From NCBI GenBank assembly GCA_963817385.1, contig CAWFOM010000010.1, positions 192,001 to 256,000 of the forward strand: a stretch of DNA of 64,000 nucleotides, given 5' to 3'. The stretch comes from an uncultured delta proteobacterium. Lineage in GTDB: Bacteria; Desulfobacterota; Syntrophia; Syntrophales; UBA5619. Position numbers and translations under genes: made by a program. Every line of letters starts with the position of its first letter. Position 1 is the stretch's first letter. Positions 52,727 through 62,870 of this stretch are shown here, in pieces. The notes under the pieces were generated by a model that was not told the DNA's origin, searched no databases, and saw nothing but the letters and a program-made list of their open reading frames with translations.

Positions 52727-54601
52727 ATGGGTGATCAATTCCCCGGCGGTTACAACGGAAAGATCCTACGCGTGAATCTATCAACCGGAGGCATATCGGC
52801 CGAGACGATTGAGGAGAAATTCTGCCGGGAATATCTTGGCGGTGCCGGATTCGTCACGTACTTCCTCTGGAAGGAACTGACCCCTCATCTAGACCCGTTG
52901 GGACCGCAAAACAAACTGATCTTTGCCCTGGGCCCGCTGACCGGCGTCCAGATATCAGGGAGCGGCCGTAACTGCGTCGGTGCGAAGTCTCCCCTGACCG
53001 GTGGCCTCGCAAAATCCGAGATGGGGGGATTCTGGGGCGCCGAGCTGAAACGGGCAGGGTATGATGCGATCATTATCGAAGGGAAGGCTGAACATCCCTG
53101 CTATCTTTCAGTGAATGACGGCCAGGCCCGCCTGCAGGATGCGCGTCACCTCTGGGGCTTGAAAACAAAAGAAGCGCAGCAGAAGATCCAGGAGGAACTA
53201 TCGGACCAACGAGTGCGTGTAGCCTCGATCGGTCCGGCGGGAGAGAACCTGGTCCTGTATGCCTGCATCATGAGCGGGCTGCACTCTGCAGCGGGAAGGG
53301 GAGGTCTGGGGGCAGTCATGGGATCCAAGAATCTCAAGGCAGTGGCGGTCCGGGGTAGCCATTGGCCCCGGATAGCGAGACCGGAGGGTGTTAAGGCGCT
53401 CAGGCAGTGGTTCCTGGAGAGCATGCCCAACTCCAAACGTGTCTCCGGTTTTCGCGAGTATGGGACCGGCAACACCATGCGTGCGTTTGAGGCTGCGGGT
53501 AATCTGCCGGTCAGGAACTTCCGGGAGGGGCTGTTCCCGGCGGTAACCAAAATAGACGCCCAGGCGATAAAGAGCACCATCAGAATAGGGATGGAATCAT
53601 GCTACGGCTGTGCCGTCCGGTGCAAGAAGATCGTACAGACCCAAGAGCCCTATCATGTGGATCCCGCGTATGGCGGACCGGAGTACGAAACCCTGGCGGC
53701 GTTTGGCTCTAACTGCGGAGTGGATAACCTTGAGGCGATCTCCAAGGCCAATGAAATCTGCGGCGCAAATTCACTGGACACCATCTCGACCGGCAATGTC
53801 ATCGGTTTTGCCATGGAGTGCTTTGAGAACGGCCTGCTCAGCGCTAGGGATACCGGGGGCATCGAGCTTCGATTTGCCAACCATGAAGCCATGCTGAAGG
53901 TCATTGAGCTTATCGCCCGGCGCGAAGGGATCGGCAGCCTGTTGGCGGAGGGCGTCTCCCGCATGGCAAAAAAACTGGGCGGCCGGGCGGAAGCTATTGC
54001 GCTCCACGTCAAAGGACTCGAGCCCGGACTGCACGACCCCCGCTCAAAGCCCGGCTTGGGGATCGGTTATATGGTTAATCCCCATGGTGCCGATCACTGC
54101 TGCAATCTGCAAGACTCCGCCTACGTGACCGCCGAGCAGATAGACGAGGTGAGACCAATGGGGATCCTTGATCCGCCGGGGCTCTACGATATCAGCGCCC
54201 ACAAGGTGGCACTCTTCAAATTGCTTCAATGGAAGCGCCTCTGGTACGATGCACTGGTTCTCTGCATGTTCCTGCCGTATGACTTCCAGCAGACCACTGA
54301 CCTGGTGGCAGCGGTTACCGGGTGGGACACGGGAGTAACGGAGCAGATGAAAGTTGCGGAGCGGATCTTGACCCTCGCCCGGATGTTTAATGTCCGTGAA
54401 GGCTTTACCGTAGCGGATGACACCTTGCCGCTCCGTTTTTATCAGCCAAAGACCAATGGAATCCTTGCGGACAAACCGCTCGATCCGGAAAAGATGGAGC
54501 GGGCCAAGAGGTACTATTATGCCCTGATGGGTTGGGACGTGAAAACCGGAGTCCCTTTACCCGAGAAACTCGAGGAACTGAATATCAGCTCCTCCGTCTG
54601 A
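52727..54601 (+). CDS. Aldehyde:ferredoxin oxidoreductase (W/Mo-pterin AOR family)
   Basis: GYNGKILRVNL, KSPLTG, AGRGGLGAVMGSKNLKA, CYGCAVRC, GPEYET, DTISTG. Confidence 0.93.
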   Translation: MGDQFPGGYNGKILRVNLSTGGISAETIEEKFCREYLGGAGFVTYFLWKELTPHLDPLGPQNKLIFALGPLTGVQISGSGRNCVGAKSPLTGGLAKSEMGGFWGAELKRAGYDAIIIEGKAEHPCYLSVNDGQARLQDARHLWGLKTKEAQQKIQEELSDQRVRVASIGPAGENLVLYACIMSGLHSAAGRGGLGAVMGSKNLKAVAVRGSHWPRIARPEGVKALRQWFLESMPNSKRVSGFREYGTGNTMRAFEAAGNLPVRNFREGLFPAVTKIDAQAIKSTIRIGMESCYGCAVRCKKIVQTQEPYHVDPAYGGPEYETLAAFGSNCGVDNLEAISKANEICGANSLDTISTGNVIGFAMECFENGLLSARDTGGIELRFANHEAMLKVIELIARREGIGSLLAEGVSRMAKKLGGRAEAIALHVKGLEPGLHDPRSKPGLGIGYMVNPHGADHCCNLQDSAYVTAEQIDEVRPMGILDPPGLYDISAHKVALFKLLQWKRLWYDALVLCMFLPYDFQQTTDLVAAVTGWDTGVTEQMKVAERILTLARMFNVREGFTVADDTLPLRFYQPKTNGILADKPLDPEKMERAKRYYYALMGWDVKTGVPLPEKLEELNISSSV

Positions 54602-54800
54602 CGCTTTGGCGGTTTTACAAATGACCATGATTTCCAGCTCGCCATGACGATATCATCATCATCTTCGTCGGGCGAATACCATTGACACGCCCTGTAGCGT
54701 GTGGTAGGGAACCCACTCATTTTTTACGGAGCGACCGGCAGAAACCCGTTCTGGGTGAAGCCGGTCAATCATACCTAACCTATAAGAGGAGGTACAGTCT

Positions 54801-56594
54801 ATGACGCGAATGAACGGCGGCCAGATCATCGTTGACTATCTGATTCAGGAGAAGGTTCCTTATCTGTTCGGCCTGTGCGGCCACGGGAACATAAGCCTCA
54901 TCGACGCATTTTACGAGCGTGCCGATGAGATCAAAGCGCTGTCGGTCCATCACGAGTCGGTTTCCGGCTTCATGGCGGACGTCTACTACCGGGTATCGGG
55001 TCGGCCGGTGGCCACGTTCACCTCCTGCGGGCCTGGCTCAGCGAACATGCCCATCTGCCTGGCGAACGCCTTTTTAGACTCGGTGCCCTTTCTGGCGGTG
55101 ACGGGAAACATCCCGACGAGCCAGTTCAACCGGGGAGCCTTCCAGGAGGCCTACCGGTTTAATCAGGCGGATTATCCGTCCACGGTGCGGGCCTACTGCA
55201 AGCGGGTATTCCAGCCCACCCGGGCGGACATGGTCCCCTTGGCGGTCAGGCAGGCGTGGAAGACCATGGTGACGGGCCGGCCTGGTCCGGTGGTGCTCGA
55301 TGTTCCCTTCGATATCTTCAAGGAGGAGACGGAACTGGAGATGCCCCAGGCCGCCGAGTGGAACGCGAACATCACGTGCCGCTGCGGGGCCGATCCCGAG
55401 GGGCTCAGCCGGGCGCTGGACATGCTGCTCACGGCTGAGCGGCCGGTGATCCTGGTCGGCCAAGGGGTAAAGTACGGGAAAGCAACCCAGGCGCTGCTCG
55501 CCCTCGCCGAGCGGCTCAAGATCCCTGTCGCCTGCTCCTCAAGCGGGCAGGGGGCCATTAACACAAGGCATCCCCTCGCGCTCGGTCTTGTCGCACGCAA
55601 CGGCGCCTACCAGGCCAACCATGCCACCCGGCAGGCGGACGTGCTTCTGGCTTTGGGGGTGCGCTTCGACGACCGGACGTCAAGCAGCTGGATCCCGGGC
55701 TACTCGTTCACCATCCCGCCCACGAAGCTCATCCATGTGGACATCGACCCGGACGAGATCGCCCGGAACTACCCCGTGGCCCTGGGCCTGATGGCGGATG
55801 TGAATACCTTCCTCAACCAGGTCCTGGCCGAGCTCGACCGGCGGAAGCTCTCGAACGAGGTTCCTCCGAGCCGCGCGGGCTGGCTGCAGGCGATCGACGG
55901 CTACCGTAAGCAGTGGGAGGAGTTCATCCTCCCCGGATTCAAAGCCGATACGACGCCCATCCATCCTCAGCGGGCGGCGCACGAGATCGACAAGGTGCTC
56001 CCCGATGACGCGATCCTGGTAAGCGACATCGGCATCCACCACAATTGGCTGATCCAATTCTGCCATCCTAAACGGCCCGACTCTCTCATCGGCTCGATGG
56101 GATTCGGTCCCATGGGGTTCGGGGTTGCCGGAGTGCTGGGGGCAAAGCTCGCCGCGCCACAGCGGCCCTGCATCTCGGTATGCGGCGATGGGGCGTTCTT
56201 CATGCATGCCAGCGTCCTGGGCACTGCCGCCGAGTACAACATCCCCGTCGTCTGGGTGGTGTGGAACAACTACGCATACGCCTCTATCAGGGGTCTGCAA
56301 CGGGGCTACCTCGGAGGACGGGAGCTGGTCACCGATTTCCGCCATCCCGAAACCGGCGCGCCCTACAATCCTGATTTTGCGGCCATGGCCCGTTCGGCGG
56401 GCATCGAGGGGGTGCGCGTGGAGAAGGCAACCGAATTGGGCGAGGCGATCGAACAGGGAATTAAACTGAACAAGCCCTACCTCATCGACGCAAACATCGG
56501 GGCCGATATGAACCCCGGGGGTGCGGGAGTATGGGAGCTTCCCGGCCTCGGCCACAAGCAGCCTGCGATCGGCGGCCGGTGTGAGCTGTATTGA
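54801..56594 (+). CDS. ThDP-binding protein (acetolactate synthase-like family)
   Basis: FGLCGHGN, HESVSGFMAD, TSCGPG, GRPGPV, GDGAFFM..VVWNN. Confidence 0.9.
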   Translation: MTRMNGGQIIVDYLIQEKVPYLFGLCGHGNISLIDAFYERADEIKALSVHHESVSGFMADVYYRVSGRPVATFTSCGPGSANMPICLANAFLDSVPFLAVTGNIPTSQFNRGAFQEAYRFNQADYPSTVRAYCKRVFQPTRADMVPLAVRQAWKTMVTGRPGPVVLDVPFDIFKEETELEMPQAAEWNANITCRCGADPEGLSRALDMLLTAERPVILVGQGVKYGKATQALLALAERLKIPVACSSSGQGAINTRHPLALGLVARNGAYQANHATRQADVLLALGVRFDDRTSSSWIPGYSFTIPPTKLIHVDIDPDEIARNYPVALGLMADVNTFLNQVLAELDRRKLSNEVPPSRAGWLQAIDGYRKQWEEFILPGFKADTTPIHPQRAAHEIDKVLPDDAILVSDIGIHHNWLIQFCHPKRPDSLIGSMGFGPMGFGVAGVLGAKLAAPQRPCISVCGDGAFFMHASVLGTAAEYNIPVVWVVWNNYAYASIRGLQRGYLGGRELVTDFRHPETGAPYNPDFAAMARSAGIEGVRVEKATELGEAIEQGIKLNKPYLIDANIGADMNPGGAGVWELPGLGHKQPAIGGRCELY

Positions 56595-56852
56595 GTAATG
56601 TCTGAAAGAGTGGCCCCTTGCCCGGCGTACGCCGGATATTTCCGCGCCGCGGCCAGGCTCCCGGGCATCCTTGGCCGGGCACAACGTAGGACGGCATGCT
56701 TGACATTACGGACGATTTGTTGATATGAGCTAGTGAAAATGGTTGCATGAGCGTAATCGTGATAAGAAAAAGTCATCCGGGTATCCGGTGGTTTGGGAGA
56801 GGGAAGAACTTGAAACCTTCCCCTCATTAATTCACTGACAGGAGGAGTTCTC

Positions 56853-57857
56853 ATGAAAGCAGAAAAGTGCAAGAAGCGTTTCGGTGTCCTTTTTGCGACG
56901 GCGGTATGCGTCGCGGTGCTGCTGATGGCAGGAACGGTTTCAGCGGCGGCTTGGCCGGAAAAGGGCAAGGTTCTGACGATTTTAGCCGCTTCCGGCGCCG
57001 GTGGTGGAACCGACATGGCAGCCCGGGCGATTGCCCAGATTTTGGAAAAGGAACTGGGCATAAAGGTGGTCGTCATCAACAAGGGGGGTGGTGGCTCACA
57101 GATCGGCGTTACCGAGTATCTGTCGAAGGCCGGGACGGACGGTTACATGCTTTTGGCCGCAAACACGCCCGTCACCATTTCTCCATACATGGATCCAGAT
57201 CGCAAGGCTACGTATCACCTTGGGAAAGACATACAACTGGCCGGGGCCTACGGCTTCTCGCCCTGTGCGGTTGCCGTGAAGAAGGGCGGCAAATACAAGA
57301 GCCTCAAGGATCTGGTGGCGGCCGCAAAGGCCAACCCCGGCAAGATCAAGGGGACTGCATCCGGCCCCCTGGTCCAGAATGACCTGGCGATGGTTTTACT
57401 GAATAAAGTGGCCGGTGTCGATATAGCGCGGATGTACTTCGACGAGCAGGGTCAACAGCGCGCTGCGCTTCTTGGCGACCATGTAGATGCCGAGTTCAAC
57501 AACGACTTTGAACTCATCGCCGGCCAGAAGAGCGGAGAGATTGAGACCCTGGCTATCTGGGACAAAGAACCGGCCAAGTCGCTGCCCGGCGTACCGACAG
57601 GGGAATCGCTGGGATTCCCGGTTTATATGGCAGCCGCTTATGGTTTGGGGTACAAGACAGGCACCCCCCAGGCGATCGTTGATACAGTGGAAGCCGCAAT
57701 GCTACGGGGCTTGAAGAAACCGGAGGCGGCGGCGGTGTTCGCGAAGATCGGCCTGAACGTTAAAGCAATGACCGGGAAGGAGTATCGCGTCTACTGGAAA
57801 GGGATTGAGGACGTTGTGGGGGAAGTTATCAAAGATATGAAGGCGAAAAAGAAGTAA
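56853..57857 (+). CDS. tctC: Tripartite tricarboxylate transporter substrate-binding protein (TctC/Bug)
   Basis: Signal peptide, WPEK, GAGGGTD.AAR, VINKGGGG, DGYML, ALLGDHVD, PGVPT. Confidence 0.88.
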   Translation: MKAEKCKKRFGVLFATAVCVAVLLMAGTVSAAAWPEKGKVLTILAASGAGGGTDMAARAIAQILEKELGIKVVVINKGGGGSQIGVTEYLSKAGTDGYMLLAANTPVTISPYMDPDRKATYHLGKDIQLAGAYGFSPCAVAVKKGGKYKSLKDLVAAAKANPGKIKGTASGPLVQNDLAMVLLNKVAGVDIARMYFDEQGQQRAALLGDHVDAEFNNDFELIAGQKSGEIETLAIWDKEPAKSLPGVPTGESLGFPVYMAAAYGLGYKTGTPQAIVDTVEAAMLRGLKKPEAAAVFAKIGLNVKAMTGKEYRVYWKGIEDVVGEVIKDMKAKKK

Positions 57858-57894
57858 GCCCCTTTCTGGAATAAAGAGAAACGAGATCAACGAT

Positions 57895-57924
57895 AACGGG
57901 CCTCTCTCGATAGGGAGGCCCGTT
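57895..57924 (+). terminator. Hairpin/terminator after tctC
   Basis: AACGGGCCTCTCT-CGAT-AGGGAGGCCCGTT followed by T. Confidence 0.6.
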
Positions 57925-58043
57925 TCGCCGAAATAGTGCCGGTACATGGTCACACGACAATAGAGATGATGAAAAGCCATTTGCGTACATGGGTTGGGTG
58001 GCATGCCTTATATGATAAATAAGCGAACGGGAAGAAGAGTGAC

Positions 58044-58847
58044 ATGACCACCTCAAAAGAGTTGGGCAGAAAGGCAGCGGATCTTCGGGCGGTGATCGAC
58101 CAGTATCTGCCTCCGCCGAGCGCCCGAGTGCCCATAGCCGGTCTTTACCCCGATGCGGACCATATTGCCACCGAGCTGATGTGGGGGGGGATCTGGAACG
58201 AGCCGGATCTGGACCACCGGCTCCGCAGCATCGCCACCATCACCGCCCAGGCGGTAAACGGCTTTGACTTCGGGCTTCACCACCAGTGCCGGGTGGGGCT
58301 GACCCTGGGGATTCCACCCCAGACGATCAAGGCAATGCTTCTTGAACTTCGGTTCTGGATTGGTCTTCCGAATACGGTATTTGCATTTCTCAAACTCCAG
58401 GAAGTGATCAACGAGCGGAAGGAGTGGCGGGAGATGGACGTGCCGGTGGATGTGCCGTGGCTTCCGACGGTGGAGGAGAAGGTGAAGCGGGGCCGCGAAT
58501 TGATCCGCAAGGAGTGGGGGAAGAAGGCGGACGAGGAGTTGGCCGCCACGGTCACGCATGAGTTTGTTCCCGGCACGGCGGCCATGGTGGATGGATATCA
58601 CTACGGAGAGGTCTGGTCGCGCTCGCCCCTGACCGCCAAGGAGCGGATGGTGAGCATCCTGGCGGCACTCATGTGCCGCGGCCATATGAAGCAGCTCCGG
58701 CGTCAGATCGGCTACGCGCTGGATGCCGGGTTGACCAGGCGGGAGATCTGCGAGACATTCGCGCAGTCTGGCTGGTACCGGGGTTGGCCGTATGTGGAAG
58801 ATGCGCTGGAGGAGGCCAAGGAGGTCTTTACCCTGCGAGGTATTTAA
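58044..58847 (+). CDS. Carboxymuconolactone decarboxylase (CMD/AhpD-like) family protein, two repeats
   Basis: WGGIW..PDLD.RLRSIATI and YGEVWSR.PL..KER.., ALDAGLTRREI.E, YRGWP. Confidence 0.8.
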   Translation: MTTSKELGRKAADLRAVIDQYLPPPSARVPIAGLYPDADHIATELMWGGIWNEPDLDHRLRSIATITAQAVNGFDFGLHHQCRVGLTLGIPPQTIKAMLLELRFWIGLPNTVFAFLKLQEVINERKEWREMDVPVDVPWLPTVEEKVKRGRELIRKEWGKKADEELAATVTHEFVPGTAAMVDGYHYGEVWSRSPLTAKERMVSILAALMCRGHMKQLRRQIGYALDAGLTRREICETFAQSGWYRGWPYVEDALEEAKEVFTLRGI

Positions 58848-58953
58848 CCAAAACATCAACTGCCAGCCGGTTACGTTCGCCGTTTACGGCGATCGACCGA
58901 TGGTGATGATATATCGGTTTTGAGCAATATTAAAAGGCCAGGAGGTTATCTCA

Positions 58954-59457
58954 ATGTCGATGAAACGAATTAGCCTGCTTTTCGGCTGTGTCCTGCTGAC
59001 GTTTTTCGCGTTCATGGCATATACTGCGTACACTACCCTCACATACTGGGCGGTAGGGTCGTTCACGGGTCCGGGTGCGGGCTTTTTCCCCTTCTGGATC
59101 AACCTGATTCTTGTGGGGTTGACTCTCTATTGGCTGATCCAGGTTGCAATCAGGCCGGGGGAGAAGATGCCCAAAGACTTAATCCCCACCCGCCAGATGG
59201 GAATTCTGGTCCTGATGGTCTTTTTGGACATGGTGCTGTTCGCAGCGATCCTGGATTACACCGGATTCCCCATTGCGATGTTCTTATTTTTGCTGATTAT
59301 GGTGGCTATCCTGGGAGAGCGCTCCCTGCGCAGTATGATTTACTATGTCATATATTCAGTAGCGGTTACCGCGTTTTTTGTCTTTGTGTTCGGCCGGTGG
59401 CTGGAGGTCGCTTTTCCACAAACGCAGATCGGGATTCTCAAGGCCCTGGGGCTTTAG
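58954..59457 (+). CDS. tctB: Tripartite tricarboxylate transporter TctB
   Basis: Four TM helices, GPGAGFFP, GF.IA, VF..WL.V.FP. Confidence 0.82.
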   Translation: MSMKRISLLFGCVLLTFFAFMAYTAYTTLTYWAVGSFTGPGAGFFPFWINLILVGLTLYWLIQVAIRPGEKMPKDLIPTRQMGILVLMVFLDMVLFAAILDYTGFPIAMFLFLLIMVAILGERSLRSMIYYVIYSVAVTAFFVFVFGRWLEVAFPQTQIGILKALGL

Positions 59458-59472
59458 GAGCGGAGGTAGAAG

Positions 59473-60963
59473 ATGCAAGAAATCTTGAATGGTTTTTCCG
59501 TCGCATTGAGCTTGAACAACCTGACCTACTGTTTCCTCGGAAGCCTCTGGGGAACCATGGTGGGGATACTGCCCGGAATCGGCCCTCTGGCGGGCACCGC
59601 GATTTTAATCCCGCTGACCTTCAAGCTGGATCCCACCGGCGCCATCATCATGCTGGCGGCCATCTACTACGGCTCCCAGTACGGCGGCACGATCACGACC
59701 ATCCTGATGGGTGTTCCGGGCGAAGCCTCTTCGGCCATCACGATGATCGACGGGTATCAGATGGCGAAGATGGGGCGCGGCGGCGTGGCGTTGACCGGGG
59801 CCGCCATCGGTTCCTTCATCGGCGGGACTTTTGCCACGATCTGCCTGATGCTCTTCGCCAAACCGGCGGTCAGTCTGGCGCTGAAGCTGGGTCCGCCGGA
59901 GTACTTCGCCCTGATGATCGTCGGGCTGTCCATGGCGACCGGGCTCGCGGGTAAATCGATGATCAAGGCCCTCATCATGACCGTCTTCGGCGCGTCTCTC
60001 GCGCTCATCGGGCTGGATCCGGTGGTCGGGACGCCGCGTCTGACGTTCGACAGCGTGTATATGTTGGAAGGAATAGACCTTTTGCCGCTCGTCATGGGCC
60101 TCTTCGGCATGTCCGAGGTTCTCTTGTCTCTGGAGGAGAAGGCCAGGCCGATGATCAAGACCAAAATGCGGGACCTCATCCCCACACGTCAGGACATCAG
60201 GGATTCCGTCAAACCGGTTATACGCGGCACGCTGATCGGCACGGCCCTGGGGATCATCCCGGGCCTGATTCCACCCGTCTCGTCGTTTCTCTCCTATACT
60301 GTAGAAAGAAGGGGTTCCAAGAACCCCGAGAAGTTCGGTCATGGCGCGCTCGAAGGGGTTGTGGGTCCCGAGACCGCCAACAACGCCCACGCCAGTGCGG
60401 CGATGATACCGCTGTTGACGCTGGGCCTTCCGACCAATCCGGTCATGGCCGTCATCCTGGCCGCCTTCGTCATCAACGGGCTTGCCCCAGGGCCGCTTCT
60501 CTTCCAGCAAAACCCCGACATGGTCTGGGGGATCATCGCCAGCTGCTACATCGGAAACTTCATGCTCGTGATCCTGAACCTTCCCCTGATCCCGATCTGG
60601 GTTCAGCTGCTCAGAATCCCTTACGCCTACCTGATGACGGCAATCCTGGCCTTCATGATGGTGGGCTCTTATAGCGACAATAACAGCATCTTCCTCATCT
60701 GGCAGACGATCTTCTTCGGAGCGCTGGGATACATCTTCAAAAAGATGGACTTCCCGCTTGCGCCGGTGGCGCTTTCCTTCATCCTGGCGCCAATGATTGA
60801 AAAATCGCTGTACCGGTCGCTGGTGATGTCTCAGGGTGACTTTAGTATCCTCTATACCCGCCCGATCTCGGGATCCTTCCTGGCGCTTGCAGTGATCACC
60901 CTGATCTATTTCTCGACGCAGAAGAAGGTTCAGGTGGTCAGGTCGACGGGGGTCGATGCGTAG
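59473..60963 (+). CDS. tctA: Tripartite tricarboxylate transporter permease TctA
   Basis: GILPGIG, YGSQYGG, PGEASSAIT.IDGY, PETANNA, PLLTLGLP. Confidence 0.93.
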   Translation: MQEILNGFSVALSLNNLTYCFLGSLWGTMVGILPGIGPLAGTAILIPLTFKLDPTGAIIMLAAIYYGSQYGGTITTILMGVPGEASSAITMIDGYQMAKMGRGGVALTGAAIGSFIGGTFATICLMLFAKPAVSLALKLGPPEYFALMIVGLSMATGLAGKSMIKALIMTVFGASLALIGLDPVVGTPRLTFDSVYMLEGIDLLPLVMGLFGMSEVLLSLEEKARPMIKTKMRDLIPTRQDIRDSVKPVIRGTLIGTALGIIPGLIPPVSSFLSYTVERRGSKNPEKFGHGALEGVVGPETANNAHASAAMIPLLTLGLPTNPVMAVILAAFVINGLAPGPLLFQQNPDMVWGIIASCYIGNFMLVILNLPLIPIWVQLLRIPYAYLMTAILAFMMVGSYSDNNSIFLIWQTIFFGALGYIFKKMDFPLAPVALSFILAPMIEKSLYRSLVMSQGDFSILYTRPISGSFLALAVITLIYFSTQKKVQVVRSTGVDA

Positions 60964-61019
60964 TACGGTTAGTGAGAAGTGAATATTCTCTGCCATATTC
61001 AAGAAGGAAGATAGGGAAA

Positions 61020-61185
61020 ATGGCAAAACCAACAGGGCAATACCAGGTTGAAGTGACATGGCTGTGGCGTGCGGCGTTCAGACTGACAACGCCGGAGGGC
61101 AAGATCGTATTCAGCGATCCCTGGCTGAAGGAAGCGGGATCGAAGTTCTCGTCATGAAACCCGGAGAGACAATTCTGCTCTGGAC
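61020..61185 (+). pseudogene. Internally deleted MBL-fold metal-dependent hydrolase
   Basis: N-terminus VTWLWRAAFRLTTPEGKIVFSDPWL joined out of frame to C-terminal-like VLVMKPGETI. Confidence 0.6.
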
Positions 61186-61211
61186 ATACTATTCTGAATG
61201 GAGAACAGCGG

Positions 61212-61406
61212 ATGAAACAAACAGAAGAACGGAGAACAGCGGAACTCATCCATAAGATTCCCGGGATCAGATTGAACGCAATAGAGAGAGAAGGGCTTCA
61301 GGCTGCGGTGAAGGTTTTGAACGAACAAAATGAACAGCTCGGTCTTCTTGACCCTCTGGACGCTGAGCCGGCAACCCTCTTCTTTGCCGAGGAGGGGAAA
61401 CGATGA
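61212..61406 (+). CDS. Small protein preceding amidase (GatC/AtzG-like partner candidate)
   Basis: 64 aa, ends LDPLDAEPATLF; ATGA overlap with the amidase start. Confidence 0.55.
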   Translation: MKQTEERRTAELIHKIPGIRLNAIEREGLQAAVKVLNEQNEQLGLLDPLDAEPATLFFAEEGKR

Positions 61407-62818
61407 TTCCGTTTGAACCTACCCGCTGGACGATCTCAACCGTGGCAAAGGCCATCGCGAACAAAGAGCTATCTCCGGTGGAGGTTGTCCGGGCCTGCCT
61501 GGAGCGGATAGAAGCTTACGATAAACGGATCAACGCCTTCATCACCGTTTTGCCCGAGCAGGCATTGAAAAGCGCGCGCCGGGCGGAGAAAGAGATCCTT
61601 CGCGGACGCTATATCGGCCCTCTGCATGGAATCCCCTTTGCTGCCAAAGATCTCTTTTTCGTGAAGGGCATTCGCAATACCTGCGGCTCCAAGATCCTCA
61701 CTGATTTTGTCCCGAAATATGACGCCGCCGTCATCGAGAGGCTTTCCGCTGCAGGAGCCATCCTCCTGGGCAAGCTGAACATGCACGAATTCGCAAATGG
61801 GCCGACTTCCGTCAACCCCCACTACGGCCCGGTTCATAACCCCTGGGATCCCCGGAGAATCAGCGGCGGGTCCAGCGGTGGTTCGGCCGCCGCTTTGGCC
61901 GCCTCTTTTGCGCTGCTTACGGTCGGTTCAGATACCGGGGGGTCCATTCGAATACCTTCCGCTCTGTGCGGCTGTACCGGCCTCAAGCCGACCTATGGAC
62001 GTATCAGCCGGTACGGGGCATATCCCCTCGCCTGGTCTCTGGATCATCCCGGACCGATGGCTAAAACCGCTGCGGACCTCGCCCTGACCATGAATGTCTT
62101 GGCTGGTCATGATCATCGAGATCCCGTAACGTCACTGGCGCCCGTTCCCGATTACGTTCGTGCCCTCAGGGGCGGCCTTGGCCGAATCCGCGTGGGCGTG
62201 CCCATGGGTTTTTACTTCGACCATTTAGCCCCGGAGGTCCGGGCAAACGTCAAGAGGGCCATCGATGATCTTGAACAACTGGGGGCGAACGTGCAGAGCA
62301 TTTTCATCCCCCGCCTGAAGGAAGCCGCCATAGCGACTTCGGTCATCATTTTTGCCGAGATGACGGCCGCTTTGGAGAAGTGGCACATTACCCGCTCCGC
62401 TGACCTGGGAGACGATGTCCGCGCCCGGTTGAATCAGGGAGCGGCGATCCCGGCCGCCCTGTATCTCAAGGCACAACGATTCCGGAGAATGATTCAGGAG
62501 GATTTTGCGGCTGCTTTCCGGAAGGTCGATGTCATAGTAACTCCCCAGCTTCCCGTCACCGCCCCCCTCATCGGTGAGAGAACCGTATCCTTCGGAAAAA
62601 TGACGGAGCCGGTCCCCTCGGCGTTAACGCGTCTCACTCGAATCTATAACCTGATCGGCATCCCCTGCCTCTCTGTTTGCTGCGGCTTCTCATCTTCGGG
62701 AATGCCGATTGGGCTGCAGATTGCGTCAAAACCTTTTTCCGAGGATATGGTCCTGAAGGTGGCCCATGTGTATGAAGTCCATACACCCTGGAAAAATAGA
62801 CGTCCTTCTCTCGAATAG
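61403..62818 (+). CDS. Amidase signature family enzyme (GatA/AtzE-like)
   Basis: GPLHGIPFAAKD, GKLNMHEFA, SGGSSGGSAAA, GSDTGGSIRIP. Confidence 0.93.
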   Translation: MIPFEPTRWTISTVAKAIANKELSPVEVVRACLERIEAYDKRINAFITVLPEQALKSARRAEKEILRGRYIGPLHGIPFAAKDLFFVKGIRNTCGSKILTDFVPKYDAAVIERLSAAGAILLGKLNMHEFANGPTSVNPHYGPVHNPWDPRRISGGSSGGSAAALAASFALLTVGSDTGGSIRIPSALCGCTGLKPTYGRISRYGAYPLAWSLDHPGPMAKTAADLALTMNVLAGHDHRDPVTSLAPVPDYVRALRGGLGRIRVGVPMGFYFDHLAPEVRANVKRAIDDLEQLGANVQSIFIPRLKEAAIATSVIIFAEMTAALEKWHITRSADLGDDVRARLNQGAAIPAALYLKAQRFRRMIQEDFAAAFRKVDVIVTPQLPVTAPLIGERTVSFGKMTEPVPSALTRLTRIYNLIGIPCLSVCCGFSSSGMPIGLQIASKPFSEDMVLKVAHVYEVHTPWKNRRPSLE

Positions 62819-62870
62819 AAAGAAAGGCAGTAATGAATGATAGGCGGGGCCAAACCTCGCCCACGGCATC

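Noticed and set aside
59605..61059. 484-aa minus-strand ORF, and similar shadows at 13484-14575, 9720-10646, 55680-56684, 51189-52139
   Set aside because: Each lies opposite a well-supported gene; a codon-bias artefact.
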